Shown here one piece after another: positions 39,160-49,004 of a stretch of 64,000 bases of DNA. Location of the stretch: positions 928,001 to 992,000 of the forward strand of contig OY843592.1 in the NCBI GenBank assembly GCA_963692865.2. Direction: 5' to 3'. The position numbers and the translations under genes were made by a program. The notes under the pieces are model-generated. The model made no database searches. It saw only the letters and a program-made list of their open reading frames with translations, and was not told where the DNA came from. Origin of the DNA: a bacterium. Its GTDB lineage: Bacteria > UBA8248. Within the stretch, counting starts at the first letter, position 1. Every line of letters starts with the position of its first letter.

Positions 39160-40353
39160 CTAGCCTCTCCCCCGAAACGCCCACGCGCTCGCCGCGTAGA
39201 AGCACCCGCCCAGGACGGCGGCGCACAGGGCGAGCCAGCCGAGCGCCTCGAAGCCGCCCCATTGTAAGGCGAATCCGCCCAGGGAGGCGCCCAGGAAGAG
39301 GCCCACCTGATTGCTCGTCGAATAGAAGCCGATGATGGCGCCGCGCGCCTGCGGGGCGATGGATATGAGGTCATCCATAACGGCGGGACGGCTCAGGTGG
39401 CTGAAGAACGAGAAGAGAAAGCCCGCCGCGATCGTAAGCGTGAGAAAACCCGGCCCCGCGAAGTGAAACGCCAGAAGTTCTCCCTGCAGCAGAACCAGGG
39501 CGGTGATGATGAGAAAGCGCCGCCTCACGCCCGCGAGCGCGCCGCCCAGGAGTCCGCCGATGAGCGCGCCGACGGACATCGCCGTGATCATACTCCCCGC
39601 TGCGGAGAGAGAAATACCGAAAGTGCGTATCAGAAAAACGGATACGTAGGTCAGAAAAGCGGAAGTCATGAGCCGTTCGGTGACGTTGCCGCTCAGGAGG
39701 AGCCATGAGGCGCCCTGGCGCATCCAGGCGAAGCTGGCCAGATAGGATGAAGGCGCGTCGGTCCGCCTTTGGGAGGGCAACGAATGGAGCGTGTAAAAGG
39801 AAAGCGCCAGACCGAACGCGCCCGAAATCCAAAGTGCGTTGCGCCAGCCCAAATAATCCGTCAGAAAGGCCACGCTCGGGACTCCAACGAGCAGTCCCAT
39901 GGCCACGCCCGCCGTCGCGAACCCGATTGCGAGGCCGCGGATGCGTCCCGCGAAGTTGTCCCCGATCAACGCCACCGCCGTGGGCGGCACGAGCGCGCCG
40001 CTTAATCCAGCGATGAACCGGAAGACCGCCACCGCAAGATAGCCGTTCGTGAATGAGATGGCGATGCTGGAGAGCGAGAGACCCGTCAACCCGATGAGGA
40101 TGACGGGTTTTCTGCCATAGCGGTCCGAAATGGGCGCCAGAAGGGGCGCGCCTATCCCCCACGGGATGAAGATGATGGCCGCCAACTGCCCCATGGCCGT
40201 GAGGGATAGGCCCAGGTCGCGGCCCATGGCGTCGAGCATGGGCCCCAGGATGAAGGCCGTGGTGTAGGCGGTGAATATGGTCAGAAAACATGCGAGGATG
40301 ATCGGCCAGCCCTCTCGAAAGCCGGCCCCATCCTTGCTTGTGGATAAATCCAT
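39160..40353 (-). CDS. MFS transporter
   Basis: 'SDRYGRK' motif A; about 12 TM helices. Confidence 0.92.
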   Translation of the reverse strand: MDLSTSKDGAGFREGWPIILACFLTIFTAYTTAFILGPMLDAMGRDLGLSLTAMGQLAAIIFIPWGIGAPLLAPISDRYGRKPVILIGLTGLSLSSIAISFTNGYLAVAVFRFIAGLSGALVPPTAVALIGDNFAGRIRGLAIGFATAGVAMGLLVGVPSVAFLTDYLGWRNALWISGAFGLALSFYTLHSLPSQRRTDAPSSYLASFAWMRQGASWLLLSGNVTERLMTSAFLTYVSVFLIRTFGISLSAAGSMITAMSVGALIGGLLGGALAGVRRRFLIITALVLLQGELLAFHFAGPGFLTLTIAAGFLFSFFSHLSRPAVMDDLISIAPQARGAIIGFYSTSNQVGLFLGASLGGFALQWGGFEALGWLALCAAVLGGCFYAASAWAFRGRG

Positions 40354-40463
40354 GCGCGCTCCTGGGATCGGGATGACCGGTAAGGCTTATCCTTCATACC
40401 GGCCCATCCCGCAACCCCGGGAGACTGAGCGCGCGATTCTTCCCCGATGTGGTCGGTTCCGGA

Positions 40464-41246
40464 TCAGCAGTTCTTCCAGACGGGTTTACGTTTCTCCATG
40501 AACGCGTTCTTGCCCTCGCGGTAGTCTTCGGTCTTGTAGAAGCGGTTCATGATGGGCCGGCACAGGCGATAGCCCTCGTACATCGACACGTTGGCGGCCA
40601 CGGCGATCTCCTCCTTGGTGTGCTGCACCGTCATGGGCGAGCACTCGATGATCTGCTCGGCCATGGCGGTCGCGGTGTCGAGGAGTTCCCCGTTCTTGGC
40701 GATCTTCACCACGAGGCCCAGGCGGTAGGCTTCCTCCGCGTCGATGAGTTCGCCCGAGAACATGTACCATCTGGCGAGTCCCGGAATCGCCGCAGGCATG
40801 CGCATGGCCCCGCCGATGCTGATGATGCCGATCTTGGGCTGGGAGTATCCGACCTTGGCGTCTTCCGAGACCACGCGAACGTCCGCGCCGAGGAACAGGC
40901 TCATCCCGCCGCCGATGGCGTAGCCCTGCGCCGCGCAGATGATCGGCTTCTTGATCCAGTCCAGGTCGCAGTAGAGGACCCCCTTGGGGCGGACGGCGCC
41001 CATCTTGAGTTCATCTTCTTCGAGGTTCTGATCCCACCCGGAGCAGAAGGATTTACCCTCGCCCGCGAGAATCGCCACCCACACCTCCTTGTCGTCGTTC
41101 ACGTCCTCCCAGCATTGAAGAAGCTCCATCGCCGTGGCGAAGCTCAGGGGATTCAGCTTGTCGGGCCGGTTCAGGGTGACGTAGGCGATCTTGTTTTCCT
41201 TGCGGTATTTCACGGTCTTGAGTCCGAACTCTTGCGTCAGGTCCAT
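40464..41246 (-). CDS. Enoyl-CoA hydratase/isomerase family protein
   Basis: NRPDKLN, FCSGWD, GYAIGGG, EGKNAFMEKRKP. Confidence 0.9.
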   Translation of the reverse strand: MDLTQEFGLKTVKYRKENKIAYVTLNRPDKLNPLSFATAMELLQCWEDVNDDKEVWVAILAGEGKSFCSGWDQNLEEDELKMGAVRPKGVLYCDLDWIKKPIICAAQGYAIGGGMSLFLGADVRVVSEDAKVGYSQPKIGIISIGGAMRMPAAIPGLARWYMFSGELIDAEEAYRLGLVVKIAKNGELLDTATAMAEQIIECSPMTVQHTKEEIAVAANVSMYEGYRLCRPIMNRFYKTEDYREGKNAFMEKRKPVWKNC

Positions 41247-41308
41247 TTGCCTCTCTCCCGTTAAAAAATGGTTATCCCGGTGAATCAACGATGAAAGCGG
41301 CCGGTTTT

Positions 41309-42892
41309 CTAATTCACCCGCCGCGCTCTTCCCTCCCAGTGTTTTTCGCGAATCTCGCGCCTTAAGACTTTCCCTTGCGCGTTTTTGGGTATTTCGCTCA
41401 GAAACTCGACTTGTTTCGGCTTCTTGTAGCCCGCGATTTCATTTTCGGTGAACGCAATGATGTCCGACGCCCCGGGCGACTCCCCGGGACGCAGCACGAC
41501 CATCGCCTTGACGGCCTCGCCCCACCGCTCGTCGGGCACGCCTATCACCAGGGCTTCGAGCACGGCGGGGTGGCGGCACAGGGCGCGCTCCACTTCAGAG
41601 GGATATACGTTGAACCCGCCCGTGATGATCATTTCCTTCTTGCGGTCGACGATGTAGAGATACCCCGTATCGTCCGCCACCGCGAGGTCTCCGGTGTGCA
41701 CCCAGCCGTTTCGCATGGTCTCCATCGTGGCTTCGGGGTTTTTCCAGTAGCTCGCCATGGCGTAGTCTCCCCGTACGCAGATTTCTCCCATCTCGCCGGT
41801 GGCGACGGGGCGGTCGTCATCGTCCAGGAGTTCGAGTTCCACGCCCGCCGCGACCCTTCCGCACGAGGCGAGGCGCGCACGCTCCCCGGGCGTTCCGTCC
41901 ACTATGTGATCCCACGGGTCGAGTATCGCGATGGGCTGGCGCGCTTCCGTCAGTCCGTATGTTTGCCGGAAGATGGGGCCGAGGTGCCTGATGGCGAGCC
42001 TCAGGTTTTCCTCCGATATGGGGGCCGCCCCGTAGGTGATCGTATGCAGGCTCGAGAGATCGGCGCTCGGGAGTTTTTCGCTCTCGATGAGCCGCTGCAC
42101 CATCGTGGAGACGAGGTATGTGGTCGTGGCCCGCTCTTTTTCCGCCGTTTCGATAAACAACTCCGGTTCGAAGGCGGGCATGATGACGTTCCGCGCGCCT
42201 CTCAGAAACGTGGGTTCGATGAAATTGAAAGAGGCGTGCGTCATGGGGCCCGCGTGGAGCATGGAATCTTGCGCGCCCATCCGGTAGTCGAGGTTTCTGA
42301 AAAACTTCGCCAGCCACGCGGCGTGCGTGCGATGCGTGTTGACGACCGCCTTGGGCTCTCCGGTCGTGCCCGAAGTGTAGTGAAGGTGGAAGAGGGAATC
42401 CGGCCCGAGGACGACGCCGGGCTCCCGGCCCGAGCTTTTTTGCAGCCACTCCTCATAAGCGATTACGCCTGCGCCCTCCCACCCCACGGCGATGATGGCG
42501 CGCAGACCCGGGCATTCGCTTTTGATGCCTTCGGCATATTCCTTGTGGAACTCGTCCAGGAGGAGGAACGCGGATTCGGAGTCGTTCAGCATGTGGACGT
42601 GTTCTTTGAGGACGTTGCGCCCGTGGAGATTCATGGATGCCCCGCCCGCCATCGCGACGCCGAAGTTGATCTCGACGATCTCGGCGCGGTTTCGCATGAG
42701 CTTGGCGACGCGGTCGCCGGGTTCGAGGCCGCCTGCGATGAGCGCGTTCGCCGCCCGCTTGCTGCGCTCGTATACGTCGGTGAAGCGCACGCGGCGTTCG
42801 CCGTCCACCACGGCCTCGCGCGGGCCGTATCGCTTCGCCGCCCAGGCGACGTTCGCGCCCGGGTGAATGGTTTCTTCGCTCTCTCGGTTCAT
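41309..42892 (-). CDS. AMP-dependent acyl-CoA synthetase
   Basis: YTSGTTGEPK, YGLTE, HTGD, DRKKEMIITGG, PKNAQGK. Confidence 0.93.
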   Translation of the reverse strand: MNRESEETIHPGANVAWAAKRYGPREAVVDGERRVRFTDVYERSKRAANALIAGGLEPGDRVAKLMRNRAEIVEINFGVAMAGGASMNLHGRNVLKEHVHMLNDSESAFLLLDEFHKEYAEGIKSECPGLRAIIAVGWEGAGVIAYEEWLQKSSGREPGVVLGPDSLFHLHYTSGTTGEPKAVVNTHRTHAAWLAKFFRNLDYRMGAQDSMLHAGPMTHASFNFIEPTFLRGARNVIMPAFEPELFIETAEKERATTTYLVSTMVQRLIESEKLPSADLSSLHTITYGAAPISEENLRLAIRHLGPIFRQTYGLTEARQPIAILDPWDHIVDGTPGERARLASCGRVAAGVELELLDDDDRPVATGEMGEICVRGDYAMASYWKNPEATMETMRNGWVHTGDLAVADDTGYLYIVDRKKEMIITGGFNVYPSEVERALCRHPAVLEALVIGVPDERWGEAVKAMVVLRPGESPGASDIIAFTENEIAGYKKPKQVEFLSEIPKNAQGKVLRREIREKHWEGRARRVN

Positions 42893-42927
42893 GGGTAGGG
42901 AATTATAGAACCCCCGGTGGTGAAATT

Positions 42928-44358
42928 CTATACGGGGGCCGGGTTTGTCGATGCGGCGAGTCGGGTGAGGATGGGCCGGACGTCCGCGCAGTCCTCGAGC
43001 GAGGAGAGTTCCCCGAAAGCGCGCTCTACGTCTTCGGGATCGAGTTTCACCGCGGCGGCCTCGGCGCAGGAGAAGAATTTCTCCTTACGCTCCTGTTCGG
43101 TCATGGCCCAATCGGGAGAACCCTTTATCCTGTCGTGCGTGACGGCGGTTTCCCTGCCGTCCCTGAGCCTGACGCGGATGCGCACGGGCGCGAGCAGCAG
43201 ACTCCCCTCCTCCCAGATATGGACCCTGGTCCTCTGTGCGAGTTCGATTACCTCCGCACCCGAGACGATTGCAGCCGGGTCGAAGTGCGCGATGCGCGGC
43301 GCGCCGTTCAAGAGGGAGAACGCCGTCGTCCACTGCGCGCTGAATTGCGCGTCCACCTGGGGATTTTCCCTGATTTGGAACGGCTGCCCGATCATCGAGT
43401 GGCCGATGGGCGTGGCCCATACCTCGACTTCTTCCACGTCTTTCGCGCGGAAGGCCCCCAGCCGCTCGCGCGCCTCCAGAGCCGCGCTGATGTGGGGATG
43501 GGACACCCGGCAACTCGGGTAGGGTTTCACCCCGATTCGGGTGACGTGGAAGGTTTCGCCCAGCTCTCTCGTGAGCGCGTCGGGGTCGCCCTCGCCGCCG
43601 CCGAAGAGTTCGATAACGCCGTCCGCCCCCTCGACGATGCGCCTGGGGCCCGTGGCGCCGGTTTGCGCCAATACGGCCGAATGCACCCCCGCCCGCGCGC
43701 TGAAGGCGGGCTGGAGCCGCTTGGCGACCGTGCCGTCGAGCAGCGCCTGGCGGTTGCCGTGCGATTGCGCGTAGCCGAAGCCCGCCGCATTGGCGACGCC
43801 GTCCTCGTCGAGCCCCAGAATCCTCGCGGCGGCCATGGAGGCCGAGACGGCGCCGAACACCGTGGTGGGCAGCCAGCCCGGATGAATGCTCTGATGCACG
43901 ACGGCGTTCAGCCTTAGAGTCACGTCCGCAGCCCCCGCCAGAGCGGCGATGACTTCACGGCCCGGCATCGCTCGCCCGAGGCTCTCGCCCGCGGCGAGGA
44001 GGGCGGGGAGAATGGTGACGAAGATGTGGTTCTGGGTGACGTCTTCGGTATCGTCGAAATCGTTCGAGTGAATCATGGCGGCGTTCAGCCAGGCCGCCGT
44101 CGGCGCGGGCAGGCGTCCCCCGAAGACGAGTACCGTAGCCTCGGGCGCGCCGCCCCAGCGGATGTGGCGCTCGATAATCTCGGGGTTCAAGGGCGCCGCC
44201 GAGCCGGCCAGAGCGCAAGCGAGCGCATCTGCGATGAGGCTTCTGGTGGCGCGGACGGCCTCGTCGGGAATATCCTCGAAGCGAAGGTTCGCGTAGTGCG
44301 CAATGACTTTCTGCATGGGGTCCATCTTCGTCTCCGCCTCCCTCGCGCCCTGGGGCAA
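42928..44358 (-). CDS. MmgE/PrpD family protein
   Basis: H..DFDD, GEG-like 'VEGADG', KPYPSC...H, AQFS; true start may be ~44325. Confidence 0.88.
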   Translation of the reverse strand: MPQGAREAETKMDPMQKVIAHYANLRFEDIPDEAVRATRSLIADALACALAGSAAPLNPEIIERHIRWGGAPEATVLVFGGRLPAPTAAWLNAAMIHSNDFDDTEDVTQNHIFVTILPALLAAGESLGRAMPGREVIAALAGAADVTLRLNAVVHQSIHPGWLPTTVFGAVSASMAAARILGLDEDGVANAAGFGYAQSHGNRQALLDGTVAKRLQPAFSARAGVHSAVLAQTGATGPRRIVEGADGVIELFGGGEGDPDALTRELGETFHVTRIGVKPYPSCRVSHPHISAALEARERLGAFRAKDVEEVEVWATPIGHSMIGQPFQIRENPQVDAQFSAQWTTAFSLLNGAPRIAHFDPAAIVSGAEVIELAQRTRVHIWEEGSLLLAPVRIRVRLRDGRETAVTHDRIKGSPDWAMTEQERKEKFFSCAEAAAVKLDPEDVERAFGELSSLEDCADVRPILTRLAASTNPAPV

Positions 44359-44369
44359 TAGTCGCGCCT

Positions 44370-44723
44370 TTACTCGCGCCCCGGCTGGAAGATGGCCACC
44401 AGCCGCACGTCTTCCTCACCCACGCAGTTGTTGCAGTGGCGCGTGCCCTTGGGCATGAAGATGAATTGTCCGGGGCCGTAGTTGATCTCGCCGTCATCGA
44501 GGTCGTATCTTCCCGTGCCGCTCACGCAGAATATGACCTCATCCTCCTCGTGATGGTGCCAGTCGTGCGTCTGGCCCGGCTGTATGAGCGAGTAGTAGAC
44601 GGTGAGGTCGGTTCCCTCGCCCTCTTTCGATACGATGGCCTTGTGGCTCGCGCCGCCCGCCATGCCTTCGGAATCACGTTCATCGGGCCGGATGAGCCGG
44701 GCTTTTCTTTCTCTGGTCGTCAT
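44370..44723 (-). CDS. Cupin-domain protein
   Basis: HHHEEDE...G.G and PKGTRH cupin motifs; GAGGAG RBS. Confidence 0.88.
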   Translation of the reverse strand: MTTRERKARLIRPDERDSEGMAGGASHKAIVSKEGEGTDLTVYYSLIQPGQTHDWHHHEEDEVIFCVSGTGRYDLDDGEINYGPGQFIFMPKGTRHCNNCVGEEDVRLVAIFQPGRE

Positions 44724-44994
44724 GTGCGCTTCTCCTCGGGATTTTTGGTGATGGTCATATTCGGTGCGCGCGCATAACGCGCCTCTCGAATCGGGATGAG
44801 AGTTCGCCGATATGCGAAGAATAATCCGCTTGGCCGAAATTTCAAAGCGCGCTCGGCGAATCGCGTTACGCCCTTTTCCGAGACGCGACCCCATCTCTTG
44901 AGGCGGCGCGCGGTGGGTGCTAATCTTCAAGGGCCGTGGGTGTTGCGAACATGGTCGTCCGCCGGGTTTCGCGTCGATGTCGAGGATGATTTTT

Positions 44995-45438
44995 ATGAGA
45001 ATGCGCTTCGGGCGAACCTGTGTTCTTGCGCTGCTGGCGATGTTGCTCCTGGGCGCAGGGAGCGTTTTCGCGGCGTCGGCGGATACGGATGGCCCCATCG
45101 AGAAAAGGCCGGAGGGTTTCGATACGCCCGAACTCAGTCGCTCGCGTTTTCTCGGCTGGGTCCGGCGCGATCTCAGCAGACGCATCCCCGGAGAAGAGAC
45201 CCTGATCAAGCAATATCTCGATGAGTGGGACTTCCAGTTCGAAACGCTCACCATCAATAAACGTATCTTCGCGATCAACATCGACGTGGACAACAAGTAT
45301 CCATACGACATCACGCTGCTCGACGTGGATTGCGACGGAATCTACGAGACCAAGGTGGAGGAGAAACCGGGGCAGCAACGGGTGGACATGCCGATTCCCG
45401 AATGCGTTTTCCGGGTCTCGACGGAACCAGCGCGCTGA
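44995..45438 (+). CDS. Hypothetical exported protein
   Basis: Signal peptide ending VFA; DVDCDGIYE Ca-binding-like motif; paired Cys. Confidence 0.7.
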   Translation: MRMRFGRTCVLALLAMLLLGAGSVFAASADTDGPIEKRPEGFDTPELSRSRFLGWVRRDLSRRIPGEETLIKQYLDEWDFQFETLTINKRIFAINIDVDNKYPYDITLLDVDCDGIYETKVEEKPGQQRVDMPIPECVFRVSTEPAR

Positions 45439-45490
45439 GGAGGCCCTATCGGCTTCTTGAACGCGGGCGAAACGATCAGGAACCGAATTC

Positions 45491-46291
45491 ATGCGGCACA
45501 AGCGGCTTGAAAGATCATACGGATGTCTTCTCGTCGCCGTCTTCCTGGGCGCGCAAATGTGCCTTCCGGCGGCGCTGGCGGCGCCTGGCGGGCTTCGCCG
45601 CGTCGAGGTGAAGGACATCCTTGTCGATCAGCAAAACGACAATCCCGTCCTGCTGCTGGAGGAGAAAAAGGGCGGCAAGCTGCTGCCCATCTGGATCGGC
45701 CCGGCGGAGGCGCGGGCGATTCTCATGGAACTCGAAGAAACCGCCTCGCACCGGCCGATGACGCACGACTTGATGCGCAACATTCTGAAGACCCTCCAGG
45801 CGGAAGTTCTCCGGGTGGTCATCACGGAGGTCAAGGGAGGCACGTTTTTCGCCTTGATCGACTTGGAGGAGGAGGGCAGGCGTTTTTCCCTCGACAGCCG
45901 CCCTTCGGACGCGGTCGCACTGGCTTTGCGGATGAAATCTCCGATATATGTGAAGCCCGTCGTGATGAAGCGCGGTTTCCGGATGCCGCGCGAACATACG
46001 CACCCCGAGAAGCTGGGTTTCGTGCTCCAGAAGCTCACGCCCCCGCTGGCGCGCTTTTTCGGGGGCGGGGAGGCGAGCGGGCTTTTGGTGTCCGAGGTGA
46101 AGGAGGGCGCTCCTGCGGCGCGCGCCGGCCTTCGCCGGGGAGACGTCATTTTCGAGGCGAGGGGAAGAAAAGTCGAGACGGTGGATTTTTTCGAGAAGGT
46201 CTTTATCGAGAATCCGCTGAAGATAGAGATTTCCATACGCAGGGGTCCGGGCTGGAAAAAACGGCGCCTCAAGCTGGGAGTGGAGAGATAG
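45491..46291 (+). CDS. Bifunctional-nuclease (DUF151) domain fused to PDZ, with signal peptide
   Basis: LPIWIG..EA, RPMTHDL, DSRPSDAVALA; C-terminal 'LGF..Q.LT...GLLVSEV..G.PA.RAGLRRGDVI'. Confidence 0.85.
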   Translation: MRHKRLERSYGCLLVAVFLGAQMCLPAALAAPGGLRRVEVKDILVDQQNDNPVLLLEEKKGGKLLPIWIGPAEARAILMELEETASHRPMTHDLMRNILKTLQAEVLRVVITEVKGGTFFALIDLEEEGRRFSLDSRPSDAVALALRMKSPIYVKPVVMKRGFRMPREHTHPEKLGFVLQKLTPPLARFFGGGEASGLLVSEVKEGAPAARAGLRRGDVIFEARGRKVETVDFFEKVFIENPLKIEISIRRGPGWKKRRLKLGVER

Positions 46292-46295
46292 GGCG

Positions 46296-46877
46296 ATGGC
46301 TGAATACTCACCTGGTGCGAAAGACGGCCTCATCGTCGTCGATCTGCAAGTGGATTTTTGTCCGGGCGGAGCGCTCGCCGTCTCCGAGGGGGACGAGATC
46401 GTCCCGCCGGTGAACCGGCTTCTGGATATCCCGGGCTGGATGAAGGTGGCGACGCGCGACTGGCATCCCCCGGATCACGTCTCGTTTCAGGCGCAGGGCG
46501 GAATCTGGCCCGTTCACTGCGTGGCCGATACGCCTGGCGCGGCCTTTCATCCGCGCCTGAACGCCGGCGTCGTTGAGATGGTGGTATCGAAGGCCACGAC
46601 CCCCGCCGCCGAGGCGTATTCGGGTTTCGACGGCACCACGCTGGCCGATGACCTGAGAGCAGCAGGGATAGGGCGTCTTTTCGTTTGCGGTCTGGCGACG
46701 GATTATTGCGTGAAGGCCACTGCGCTGGACGCGAGGCGCGAGAGGTTCGAGGTAGTCGTTGTGGAAGACGCCGTCCGCGCGGTGAACGTTGCCCCCGAAG
46801 ACGGTGAAAAGGCGGTCAAGGAAATGAAAGCGGCGGGCTGCGCCTTCACTCTCTCGTCGGAGGTTCGTCCGGCGTAA
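46296..46877 (+). CDS. pncA: Nicotinamidase/pyrazinamidase
   Basis: VDLQVDFCPGGAL, DWHP, WPVHC, GLATDYCV. Confidence 0.93.
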   Translation: MAEYSPGAKDGLIVVDLQVDFCPGGALAVSEGDEIVPPVNRLLDIPGWMKVATRDWHPPDHVSFQAQGGIWPVHCVADTPGAAFHPRLNAGVVEMVVSKATTPAAEAYSGFDGTTLADDLRAAGIGRLFVCGLATDYCVKATALDARRERFEVVVVEDAVRAVNVAPEDGEKAVKEMKAAGCAFTLSSEVRPA

Positions 46878-46897
46878 AGTGTTTCGAGGAGATACTC

Positions 46898-47854
46898 GTG
46901 GCTTTGGTGCGCGTGCAGGTTCCGGCGAGTACGACGAATCTTGGCCCGGGGTTCGACGCCTTGGGCGTCGCGCTCCGGATCTATAACCGCATAGAACTCG
47001 ACAGCCTCCCCTGGGGCGTGGCGCTTGAAGTCGAAGGAGAGGGCCGCGACGTCATCCCCAAAGATGAATCGAACGTCTGCGTGGAGGCCGTGAAGCGCGT
47101 ATTCGATCGGGTGGGCCGGCCCTTCAGCGGTTTGTGGATGAAGCAGCGCAACCACATACCGCTGGCGCGGGGATTGGGGAGCAGTTCGGCCGCCATCGTG
47201 GGCGGCATCGTGGGGGCGAACATCCTGCTCGGCAGTCCGTTGGGCATGGATGAACTCGTGCAAATCGCGGTGGAGATGGAAGGACATCCCGACAACGTCG
47301 TGCCCGCGCTGATAGGGGGTTTCTGCGTCTCGGCGACCACCACGGACGGAAAGACCATCTACACGCGCATGCCCGTGGTGGAGGACTACCGCTGGGTCAT
47401 CGTGATCCCCGACTTCGAGGTGAGCACACATGCCGCGAGGCAAAAGCTGCCCGGAGAGGTTTCGCTGGGCGATGCGATCTTCAACGTCCAGAGGGTGGGG
47501 GCGCTCATGGCGGCGTTCGCCACCGGTCGCGACGAGTTGTTCCGCGACGGCATGCAGGACAGGCTGCATCAGCCCTACCGGGCGGAGTTGATGGGTCCTT
47601 TGGATGAGGTTTTTGAGGCTGCCTGCGAAGCCGGCGCGCTGGGTGCGTGCATCAGCGGCGCCGGGCCTTGCATCCTGGCGATATGCCGGAACCACCCCGG
47701 AAGGGTGGGCAACGCGATGCGCGGGGTGTATCAATCACACGGAATCGGGTGCCGAACCCACGTCCTCAGAATCGACCCGCGCGGCGCGCATGAAATCAGC
47801 GCGGGCTCCGTTTTCGGTTCGGGTGCTTTGGTGCCGGCCCGCTCCTCAGGATGA
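46898..47854 (+). CDS. thrB: Homoserine kinase
   Basis: PASTTNLGPGFD, PLARGLGSS, EGHPDN, D.LHQPYR, SGAGP. Confidence 0.95.
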   Translation: MALVRVQVPASTTNLGPGFDALGVALRIYNRIELDSLPWGVALEVEGEGRDVIPKDESNVCVEAVKRVFDRVGRPFSGLWMKQRNHIPLARGLGSSSAAIVGGIVGANILLGSPLGMDELVQIAVEMEGHPDNVVPALIGGFCVSATTTDGKTIYTRMPVVEDYRWVIVIPDFEVSTHAARQKLPGEVSLGDAIFNVQRVGALMAAFATGRDELFRDGMQDRLHQPYRAELMGPLDEVFEAACEAGALGACISGAGPCILAICRNHPGRVGNAMRGVYQSHGIGCRTHVLRIDPRGAHEISAGSVFGSGALVPARSSG

Positions 47855-48198
47855 GGCGGGACAGGGGTCTTTCGACCTCCATTTTTTCCACAGGTATTTC
47901 CCCGTCATCCAGACGGCCACTGTTCCCAGCACGAGGATGGAGACGGCTTTGCCCGTTCCCACCATCCTGCGAAAATCGTCGACGTGATCCCCGAAATACC
48001 AGGCCGCCCCGAGCAGCAGCGGCACACTCGGGAGCGCCGCGGCCAGATCCATGCCGAAGAATATGCATGGACGAGATAGCCTGAAGTGATGATGGGGATG
48101 TCCTCGGGGACGGGCAGCCCCAGACCGCAGAGCACCAGGACGAGAAACACCCCGCCATAGGCGAATTCCACCAGATACTCCTGGAGAAACCCGTACAT
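47846..48198 (-). pseudogene. DedA-family gene with internal deletion and frameshift
   Basis: N-terminal 'GLGLPVPEDIPIITSGYL' joins near 48065, out of frame, to C-terminal 'FFGMDLAAAL.SVP....AWYFG'; central part absent. Confidence 0.75.
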
Positions 48199-48288
48199 CT
48201 CGATACTCCGGCTACACGGCGGGACTCTTGCTCGGGGGTGCGCCCGCGTCTTGTTTCAGAGTGAACGCAATGCCCGCGCATGCAAGGC

Positions 48289-48723
48289 TTATCTGGGGCC
48301 GACGCACTCCAGCATGTTTCCGTCCGGGTCCTGAAAGAAGATGATGAACCGGCCCGGCACGACCTCGGTAATCTCGCCCATCATCTTCACGCCCGCCGCC
48401 ACGAGGGCGTCGTGCGCTTCCTGTACGCTCTCGACGGTGAACGTCAGGTAGCGGTATCCGGTCGATGCGTCCACGATGCCGCCGCCGGCGGGAGGGTCGG
48501 AATCCGCCTGGACGACCTTGAGCTGCACCTCGCCGGCCTGGAACGCCTTGAACTCGAACCGTCCCGATGCGCAGCCGGCCTGTGAAGCCTTGTCCGCCGT
48601 AATCTCGACTTCTCGCACGATCGGAAGACCCAGCACGCCGCCGTAGAATTTCTCGGCGACGTCCAGATCCTTCACCACGATGCCGATGTCGATGGATTCT
48701 TTCGCCATTTTGATCAGAGACAT
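48289..48723 (-). CDS. VOC/glyoxalase family protein
   Basis: IGIVVKDL...FYGGVLGL and FFQDPDGNMLE. Confidence 0.88.
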   Translation of the reverse strand: MSLIKMAKESIDIGIVVKDLDVAEKFYGGVLGLPIVREVEITADKASQAGCASGRFEFKAFQAGEVQLKVVQADSDPPAGGGIVDASTGYRYLTFTVESVQEAHDALVAAGVKMMGEITEVVPGRFIIFFQDPDGNMLECVGPR

Positions 48724-49004
48724 TTCATGCTCCTGTCGTTTTGAGGGACATTCCCGTGATGTCAGCGGTTGAACTGTAAAGGGTTTCGAAACGGAGGGAG
48801 AATACCATTCTCCCCGTACGGGGGAAACTCCCCGAGGGATGAGTTTCAGGCGTTCGGGTTCCGAGATACTCACCCTGTTCGAATCTTGCTAGAATCGGCG
48901 GACATCGCGCTTCAAGAGCGGAAATCCATTTTCCAGCCCCGAAAGGGGCATAAGCAGATTTGCCCGATGCGATGAGCAGGGGCGTCTTTTTGGGAGGGAG
49001 TCGA

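Noticed and set aside
44724-45314. N-terminal extension of the 314-aa cupin ORF
   Set aside because: Overlaps a plus-strand exported protein; a strong RBS supports the start at 44723.
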